Origin: Bigelowiella natans CCMP2755
Taxonomy: Eukaryota; Protista; Cercozoa
Reading direction: 5' to 3'
DNA: 64,000 bases
Assembly (NCBI GenBank): GCA_000320545.1
Contig: ADNK01001082.1
Span: 111,296 to 175,295 of the forward strand
Shown here: positions 55,351 through 64,000 of the stretch, piece by piece
Layout of the letters: each line of letters starts with the position of its first letter
How positions within the stretch are numbered: the first letter of the stretch is position 1
Notes under the pieces: model-generated
What the model saw: only the letters and a program-made list of their open reading frames with translations
The model's database searches: none
What the model was told of the DNA's origin: nothing
Made by a program: the position numbers and the translations under genes

Positions 55351-56940
55351 CTGCTTTTTGCATTGAGATGCACGTTGCTCGTCCGTGCATTTTGACCGCG
55401 AACAAGTCAATGAAGTGACATGCCAATGAGGACATGACATCGTGTCACTCAGATCATTGTCAATGACGCATGTGCGTGCACTCAATCGTCTCATTCTGTC
55501 ACGGTGATCACCAACTTGATGATTGACAACAAAGTGATGTGACGCATTGCACATGCACGTGCATGGCACATTGCGCACGTCCTAGCTAGCTAGCGTCCGT
55601 CCTTTTCTCGCTTCTCTCATCGGCACTCATTGTTTCGCCGAGGTGCTCTCGAAAAGGCTTGGGTTTTTGCATTGGAAACTTTTCTGACGCTGGCCTGAGC
55701 CATTCTGAAGAGTTTCTTCACTCAAACGCACTCGTGATCGGACACGCCAATCAGCAATCGATCAACACGATCTAGACGATGAGTCACGGTCTGCTAGTCT
55801 GGCTAGGTGGCGGAATGCGATGGTTGTTCACGTGGAAAACAGATGACCACCTTTTGTTCCGCTTCCTCGTTCGCAATCTGATGTGCTTTTTTGCTTCTCC
55901 CCGAAATCAAATCACGCCAAAATTGGAACAACAGAGTGTTTGCACAGAGACGTTCCAGTCTAGCAGTGTTGGTCGTCACCCACCCCCTTTTCCGCTTTCC
56001 TCCGTTTCCATGGCTAAACACACACGCAAAAGTGTCTCAGCACACCGATTGCTCCTCAGACATGAACAGAATTGACAATCTTGGATCACCTCCTCGAATT
56101 TCTTTGTCATTTCCTCCAGTTTTCCAGTTTTGCCTCCTTCGCCTGGACCTCCTTTTTGAGTTTCAGCGACTTGTGCCTTGAAGGAGGCTTCTTCTTTGTC
56201 GTGTTCTTCCTCATTATATCGATGGTGCCCTTTGAAACGAGCTGATCGTTGTTTCCCAATTGCTCGTTCAACTCGTTCTTCTTCTCCCTCAATTTCAAGA
56301 TTTCCAAATTCGTGAGCTGAATCCGACGCCCCCACACCTCCGTGCGCTGAGAACACACCAAAGCTCATCGTCCCGAACGCAAGCCTCGCAAGATGAGCAC
56401 CTGTGCTTTCGAACTTCTCCTGCTAAAGATTCCATCATCATCGCCTGGCTTCCTTCATGCGTCAGAAGATCCACAATGAACAATGAACAATGAACAAAGC
56501 GTTGATCAAAAACTACATGCGCCAGAACCACATGGGAGACAGGCATTTGCACGCAGCAGAGCCTCAACAACAGTTGCAAGGACTTGTCAGCACCCTGTTG
56601 GTGAAGAGACACACTCCACTTGATCGATTCTGTTCGGAGTTGGAGAGAGAGCATTGGTGTCCGTTAGTGTCCATTAGTGTCCGAAGATTAGGGATTTACA
56701 CCCGGAATGCCGCCCGAGACGATGGCTGAGACGGGAGACTCTCCAGAGTGGCTGCTTGCCATGAGAAATCGTGGAAAACTGGGCACCATTTCGTGCTGAA
56801 AACTTCCTGGGAAAAAATCCCGACAGCGTTTGGGTTTTGGAAACGTTTTTGTTAGAGAAACATCCTGCCTCCTCACAACTTCCTGCTGCAAACAAACATC
56901 CGAACGTTTCACTTCTCCTCCCCCCCTCCTTCAACCGAAG
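55351..56940. other. TpA-depleted, CTAG-retaining island
   Basis: 55351-56210 has 8 TpA in 860 bp: 7 in CTAG and 1 in CTAA (by-eye count). Confidence 0.88.
56070..56762 (-). pseudogene. Frameshifted relic of a coiled-coil protein gene inside the TpA-depleted island
   Basis: MASSHSGESPVSAIVSGGIP, DLLTHEGSQAMMMESLAGEVRKHR, then heptad-like peptides that alternate between two frames (LTNLEILKLREKKNELNEQL / EEHDKEEASFKAQVAE / LKKEVQAKEAKLE / LEEMTKKFEE). Confidence 0.5.
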
Positions 56941-56947
56941 GGCCGGC

Positions 56948-57819
56948 ATGACTTCAAAATCCCCGGATCAGATTGGCCACTACAGAGTGAGATGTCTTGC
57001 AGGAGAAGGCCAATTTGCAAAGGTCATCATGCAAATCCTCAGACTTGTGATTCCACCTGTTGGGCGTGCTCCTGTTCTTCGTGTTGAACGGATGTTGCGT
57101 GTCAGGTCTTCGTGGCTGTCAATGAGAGGGTCTCCAATGGCTCTGGAAGTGCCCGAGGAAAGAAAACCGAGTGGGTGTTTGCTCATTTCGAAGGCCGCCC
57201 CCAATCATGCATCTTTAGATGTACTCTTCGGAATGATGATGTGCTTTTTTATAATGATTCCAGAGACTTGGTCGCCATCAAGCAACTGAAACAACTTGAA
57301 GACTTGTACGTCGAACGTGAAATCGAGGTCCTCCCTCCCTATCTTCTAACATCTCATCAAAATTATTCCCAAACTTACAAGTGGGCCACTGTTCTGCTTC
57401 CAGATACCACACACACACCCACACACACACACACACACACATGTGCAACATGCCTGTGATCTACATGTGGAAAATCAATATGTGCCCTCCGCTGAAGATA
57501 GAAATTACTATTATGGAGTGGCATTTAACATTATCATCGATCGACAGATACTTCGGAAGCTGAAGCATCCAAATGTGATATTGCTGTTCGAAGTCTTTCG
57601 CCATAAAGGAAGGTCGCAACAGAAATAACAACCATAACAACAACAACAACAACACATCTACATAGAACAAATCCACGCACGCACACGCATATGCACATGT
57701 ACGTCCACGTAGGACGAAGGTTTTTATACTACTACACCAGGTTGCACATGGTGTTCGAATACGCCGATATGGATATGATCAAGCTGCTCTCCAGAAATAG
57801 AAACGGGGTGATGTGGGGC

Positions 57820-57893
<74 letters not shown>

Positions 57894-58197
57894 AACAAAG
57901 GAAAGCTCTTAGTTTTGTATGAAGGATACTATGTATGTATATGAGACAAAGAAGCGAGCACATCTTAATGTAGCCATGCAGATGAAGACATGACGCTCAT
58001 GAACTTTCACGAAAACTTAGCATCTGTTACTGTCGAATTCTTGCATGTGTATTTATAAACTAAGCTCTGCATGGATCTTGTGAAAAGATATACACGGCAG
58101 CTGCTCTGCGCACTGTCGCACTGCCACACACAGGTGGTGACTAGAAACATTTTTGTAAAATGGTAAATATAGAGTATACGTATGTGTGTATGTGTGT

Positions 58198-58238
<41 letters not shown>

Positions 58239-58439
58239 TGGACAAAAAAAGAAGTAGTCACGCACTTGATGTGTTTGCTTGTTTTTTCCTAGGCTGTGCT
58301 GCACAGGGATGTGAAACCAGAGAACCTCCTCATTGCCTTACGTAAGGAATAGTAATCATATAACATGCTGATGAAGATCGAAACATTATGCACCCTGATG
58401 TGCTATATTAGTACACACGCACGATTCTATATCACAACA

Positions 58440-58485
<46 letters not shown>

Positions 58486-58586
58486 TTTTGGCGTTCCTAT
58501 GTTCAGCATCATCTGAATCAGATAAGAGTTGCAATGATACGAAGATTCTCATGAAATCCACTTTGAAGCTATGCGATTTTGGGTAT

Positions 58587-58634
<48 letters not shown>

Positions 58635-58685
58635 CTAATACTTATTAACTAGAGAATTGCATTCTTGCCGTACATGTGCCCCCCC

Positions 58686-58724
<39 letters not shown>

Positions 58725-59320
58725 TACGCGCGCGCGCGCGCTCGCGAGTGCACCTGTGAACGTTTGATAGACTAGGTATTGAAAGCATTCAATAGGATGA
58801 TGGCACTGAATGCATGATACGTGCCCACGCCTCCTTTTCATTTAATCCCTAGATGCGCTAGGGTAGCGAAGAAAGTCGATGGCGCTCTATCTGGATACGT
58901 AGCCACTAGGTCATTTATGAAGAAGAATGGTCAAGAATAATAATGCGGCTTTCGCTGATGACGTATTCAGTAGTGCTGGCATGCATATAGAGATGTGCCG
59001 ATTAGCGTGCGAATATGTATTGGCCTGTGAGGCAAGTGTGCTTCGCTGGGGTGTTCAGGTGGTATAGGCCTCCTGAGCTTCTTCAAGGCCATAGGACAAA
59101 TAAAGATATCAGTAGTGACGGAAAGAAGGGCACCAGCAAAAAACAGCAGCAGGAATCAAGCGACATCGTACGTTGTGCGCAAACTCATAAGATGAAGATA
59201 ATGCCTTTGGATTTCACGACGAAATGGAACGATTTACAGAATGAACATATGATATATACGATGAGAATACGGAAGTTGCTCCTACCTGCAGCACACAAGA
59301 GAATGGACGATGTTGCGATG

Positions 59321-59365
<45 letters not shown>

Positions 59366-60598
59366 TGCTCCTTTTGAACTATCAATGGGAAACCACACCA
59401 TTGAGATCTATCGTGATGCAGGGATTTAATGATGTTGTGCTTTTGCAGCCGAATCATCCCGAGGTCATGTACGGCGCAGAGGTTGTCTCCCACATCAAAA
59501 CTGAACAGAATTCTAACATATATGTGGAGGCTTTTGGCGCGTAGGTTTGGTCTTGTTGCGTTTATGCTATTGTGTTGATTGTCTTCGGCAATGGTAACAT
59601 AGGTTGATATATGGGCGACAGGATGTGTGGTAGCTGAGATGATAACAGGTGGTGATGGTGTGTGATGATGGGACAATACTGGACGATAAAGAAAGCACGC
59701 AACAATTATATATTCTGTACTATATGCACACTGAATGAATAAGTAAAAGCATTGCTGCATCTATGTGATGTGCGGGTATTCGTGTCTGTGTGTGTGTGGT
59801 TGCTTGTGCGAACAACTACTACCCCGTTGCGGTTATCTTCCCCCTCCTCCCAATTCTTCCTACATGTTGTGCTGTTGTGCGTTCTGCTTCGTATAACGAT
59901 ACGTTGTGTTCAGGATGCCCTTTGTTCATGGGGGATAGCGACATTGACCAATTAGATAAAATTATGCAAGGTGCCTGCACCTGATACTTACCACACCACT
60001 AGATTTCGCGGATTGAATCCTGTTTCTTCAAACTTCGTCGCGCACACATATAATATTTGAATAAATTCATTGAAATCATCGTTGCCTCCCTGCCTTCCTC
60101 CTCGCCTTCCTTCCAGGTTTGACCCCACCTCAGGATAGTTCCCAATCAAAAGTTCATAAGTTGTTAGCCCCGAAGATTGGGCCCAAAGGCCTCAATTTTA
60201 TAGAAAGATTGCTCGCGCTAGATCCAGCAAAACGCCCGACAGCAGGTTGATTGATTGCTGTACTTTTATTGCATCACCATCATCATCATCGTCGTCGTCA
60301 TCATCATCGCTTATCATCGTTTTATTGGCAGTGAAATGATCGGTGTGTGTTTGTTGCTTCTATATCTGCCTCAGGAAGCTCCTTGTGCAATCCCTTCCTG
60401 CATGATCTAGAGGTGTACCGCACACGCCAATGCGATGCTGCCGTCGCTACTGCTTTGAATGCATAATAAACGCGTTATCAGCTCGTTTAAGTGATCGAGA
60501 GATCAACATAAACATAGAGGCACCAATAACAAAACTTGTTGTCCTAACCCAGTTAAGAGTTCTGACGGGGACTTTAGGAAAACGCGCCTCTCCTGCGG

Positions 60599-60631
<33 letters not shown>

Positions 60632-60871
60632 CGTGTAGAATCGTATTCCAACTGTTTTTCCATATGAGTGTATGTGTGTGTGGGGGGGGGGGGGGGGATG
60701 TGCGTGGAGACCACTTGTTTTGTGGATATTGCTCCAACTCAACTTTACAAACATGTCGTAGTATGATTCTTCTTCGACGTTGTTGTTGTTGTTGTTGTTG
60801 TTGTTTTTTAGCACTATCACCGAGAGGACGATATTGCTGAGGAGGTGGATTACTCGGATACTGCATCTGCG

Positions 60872-60903
<32 letters not shown>

Positions 60904-61389
60904 TATAGTAGTAGTACTAGTAGTACTAATAGCGGTAGTAACAGTATAATAGCGATAAGGAGGAAGAGGGAGCAGAAGTAGAGAGTGGTTGCTGCTAGCT
61001 TTAGCTTTATTTTTTGAAACGAGAAGGTGGGATGATGAAGGAAAGGAAGATCGAACGGTAACCAACCATGCTGCCTGTGATTATTCATGGGTGGTGCGGA
61101 AATATAACAACACAAAAATCTTGCAAAACAACCCCACTTTCGCGTCCACTGCCTTCGGAGATCATTCATCATATCCAAACAACATCACAACGATAACGCA
61201 CAGGCTATTCCCCTGAGCACACCGCACTTCTGCGCGTCCCCAGGTAGTAGTGTTTGGAACAGCAGCATTGTCCCTTACTAAATGCTACCGAGGGAGTGCT
61301 AGTAACATGAGATCTTGTGAGTGAATCAAGCAAGGGATAAGTTGTCTTTCAACTGTATTTGTTCCTGGTGTTTCTGCTCCTGCTGCTGA

Positions 61390-61425
<36 letters not shown>

Positions 61426-62135
61426 GGCTACTACCACTATTTCAGGAAGTGTAGCTAGTACTGGGGTTGAGTATGGCTCCGAGTTCTTCGCCGCTGATTT
61501 CAGTATGAACGATTCTGTTGTTTTCGATAAGGAAAAAAAGCAGGGTGATAGTAAGGTAGGCTGGCATAAACGCGAAAATATCATCTGCATTGTCACTTCA
61601 TATCTTGTAACATTCTGAATTCGTTAAATTGCTTGCGAGATTTGAGTTCTTTTCGTCTACTTCTCTGCCTGCGACAATTAAATTAGCAGTTGCACTTGCC
61701 GGAGGAAGAAATAATAGAGTAAGTAAGATTGTTGTGTTGTGCACGTGTGTTCGACCTTGTGAGTTTTTGAGGCGCAGACGTGCGGTTTACAAGTTTTAAA
61801 AAAAGAATAACGCAATGTCCCTTCTTCACTACGCAGCATGCTTTGAAAACATTGATCATAGAATGTTAGGTCTTACAGAGTAGTAAGTGGTGCGAGATTA
61901 CATTGATATATGTCTATATTTACAGCGAAGTTGAAGGACTCTCGATGCAAGAGGTAGAGAGTGCAAGCAATATCTGATTTCAAAAAGACGAAGGGAAAAC
62001 ATTGCGTTTTGATGATTTCCTTCTCCGGTTTCTTCTTTGCATTTACACATTCTTTTCACGCGATTGTTGTCGTTCAAATTCTTTAAAACACAGGTTATGG
62101 AAGAAACAATGGTGGATGATAGCTCCATCAGATAG
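56948..62135 (+). CDS. CDKL-like (CMGC) Ser/Thr protein kinase with low-complexity acidic tail, multi-exon
   Basis: [107 protein letters not shown] and LLALDPAKRPTA. Further GT-AG exons at ~60812, ~61446, ~61927 and ~62094. An unspliced stop at 60466 is an alternative end. Confidence 0.85.
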
Positions 62136-63299
62136 TAGTGTTACTACTGAAATGTAATGATTTGTTCGAAGAAGTGAGTGCAAAGTGGAGATGGTTGATG
62201 GAGATGAATATGACGATGGTGGGTTATCGTGCAACATCGACTTCACATGTGTCTTGCCAGATCGATGCTGCCGACACACAATGGTCACATCTTTAATGCG
62301 TGACGTGCGATCTGTTGTCTATTGTTTCCATTAAGCATTTCCCTAGTTGTATCACGTATTACATCACCTTGCATCGCATTGCTGTCGTATTAAAAGTTGC
62401 TATATTCAATGTCTACGGGGCTCGCTCGCCACAACCACTACTGCACACATGAATGGCAATGCGATAAGTCATTACCTAGTATGGTAAGCAATAATGAGCG
62501 GGCATGCAAGTAGTGATTGCACATTTATGTACACGTACGCACGTTTCTGCATCGCTGGTGAAGCGGTGTCATGTTATAATAATAATGTCTAGATGTCAAG
62601 ATGTGTGCGCGACGTACCAATTACGCACTGGCAGATCGACACATCAAATGCATTAGATGTTCATCAAAAATACGACATGCATGACATATATGTGTGTACG
62701 TACACGATGGTCCTAGTAGCCTAGCTAGGTAGCCCTTTTTACCATGCGCTAGCATCATGTTGTGCCGATAAGGCTAGAAATACAGCCTTATTCACGATCG
62801 CTACGCAATGAACAAAAAGGACCGGCCATGAGTGTGCATGAGGTTTGTGCATTATTACAGACAGCATGCGTACGTAGATAAAGTAGCATTCTAGCGTCGT
62901 ACAAATCATCAGATCATTCTCTGCTTGTATCTGCCGATACTCCATATGTGTATACGTTTATTCACAACGAAACACATGTTTACTGTAGCGTCTCACAGCT
63001 TATTCGCATGTGTCATTAGATCGAAAGCTAAGCAATGGGCTCAGCAGCAATGTCTACATGGTAATACTTGACAGCATACGCACACGTGGGAGGATGGGCA
63101 TCGTTATTGTATGAAACCATCTTATTATATATTACATTGCATTTGAGCACCGATAGACAGTATATTCACGTGCACGCGTACAGTGCCTACGAGCACATAC
63201 ATGTGCATACTAACTCTGCTTTCTTATCCAAACTAAAACGAATTGAAGAGGGACCAGAACACAGCATTACTGCACCCTACATGCTACAACAGCGACAGT

Positions 63300-63900
63300 A
63301 TATTTGATGGGAAAGAACCGCTTCCCAAGGCTGGCAATGATCGTCGGGGTCACTTTCCAACGGAATCTTGGGTTTTGGGGGCACATTAATTTACTACTTT
63401 TGGCCTTCGTTTCCAAGGCCATACGGCTTCGTTGCATGAGGACCAACAGCATCGGCATTAAACACCTCCTGATTGAAACAACGACACATGATAAACTAAC
63501 TGCACGATGCAAGGACATGACTGACTGTGCACATCGCAAACAATGATCATCTCGCTATGTTCTGTAAATCCAAATGCGGACAAACGAAAGGAACACTTCC
63601 TCTGCGTTCTTCGCGATCCTCCGCTTCTACTCTGAACCAACATTAGCTCACGACGTCGGTGTGTTTACAACAACAACTTACTTTTAAATCAGGGTTGCCC
63701 CAACCAGACTCGTAGGTGTGTGTCGCGTATTCTGAAACAACAGCTGGAGGAGGGATCTCTCGGCCGCGACAAGAAAGCAAATTCAGCCAAGCTTTACGAA
63801 CCTCTCCTACATCATTTACGGCATCTCGTTTGTGAGACATAGAACAGCTTTCGAAAGGCGACTAAAGACGAGAACGGCCAAAATTTTGGGGTGGTGAAAT
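63300..63900 (-). CDS. 3' exons of an unknown gene entering from the right edge
   Basis: Spliceable segments ..DVGEVRKAWLNLLSCRGREIPPPAVVSEYATHTYESGWGNPDLK, SRSGGSRRTQRKCSFRL.. and EVFNADAVGPHATKPYG. No family recognised. Confidence 0.4.
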
Positions 63901-63927
63901 GTCTTGTGCGAAACTGTACATGGAGAA

Positions 63928-63970
<43 letters not shown>

Positions 63971-64000
63971 GTACTCATCGCCTGCTGATTGGCGCGCGCC

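Noticed and set aside
60447-61596. Minus-strand ORFs (60447-60866, 60903-61178, 61285-61596) suggesting an antisense gene overlapping the kinase
   Set aside because: Plus-strand GT-AG exons of the kinase tail explain the region better, and the ORFs run through microsatellites.
1-64000. Many ORF-track entries with YIYI, CVCV, THTH, ERER, SLSL or poly-M/V/D runs
   Set aside because: These are translations of intronic microsatellites, not proteins.
1-64000. Transposase/RT ORFs, rRNA, tRNA, CRISPR arrays
   Set aside because: No recognisable motifs seen; small RNAs could be missed without covariance-model searches.

Overview
Intron-rich, microsatellite-rich eukaryotic nuclear DNA. Two genes carry signal peptide + R/S-rich transit-like leaders, which suggests an alga with a complex plastid, plausibly a chlorarachniophyte (inference only). 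About 12 multi-exon loci were rebuilt by hand: RPB8 (5' part), a PPR protein fused to a degenerate PP2C domain, a DUF4246-family protein, PRP18, a group XII PLA2, a DEX1-like FG-GAP protein, an M28 peptidase with a very long acidic tail, eIF1/SUI1, an unknown membrane protein, an MFS transporter, a CDKL-like kinase, and the 3' part of an unknown gene. The strongest non-gene signal is a set of sharply bounded islands (55351-56940, 42301-42960, partly 16200-17120). In these, TpA has almost disappeared except inside CTAG, TG/CA is abundant, and one island contains a frameshifted gene relic. This pattern fits a localised, context-specific A>G (TA>TG/CA) hypermutation or base-modification system. 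Exon boundaries and dinucleotide counts were done by eye.
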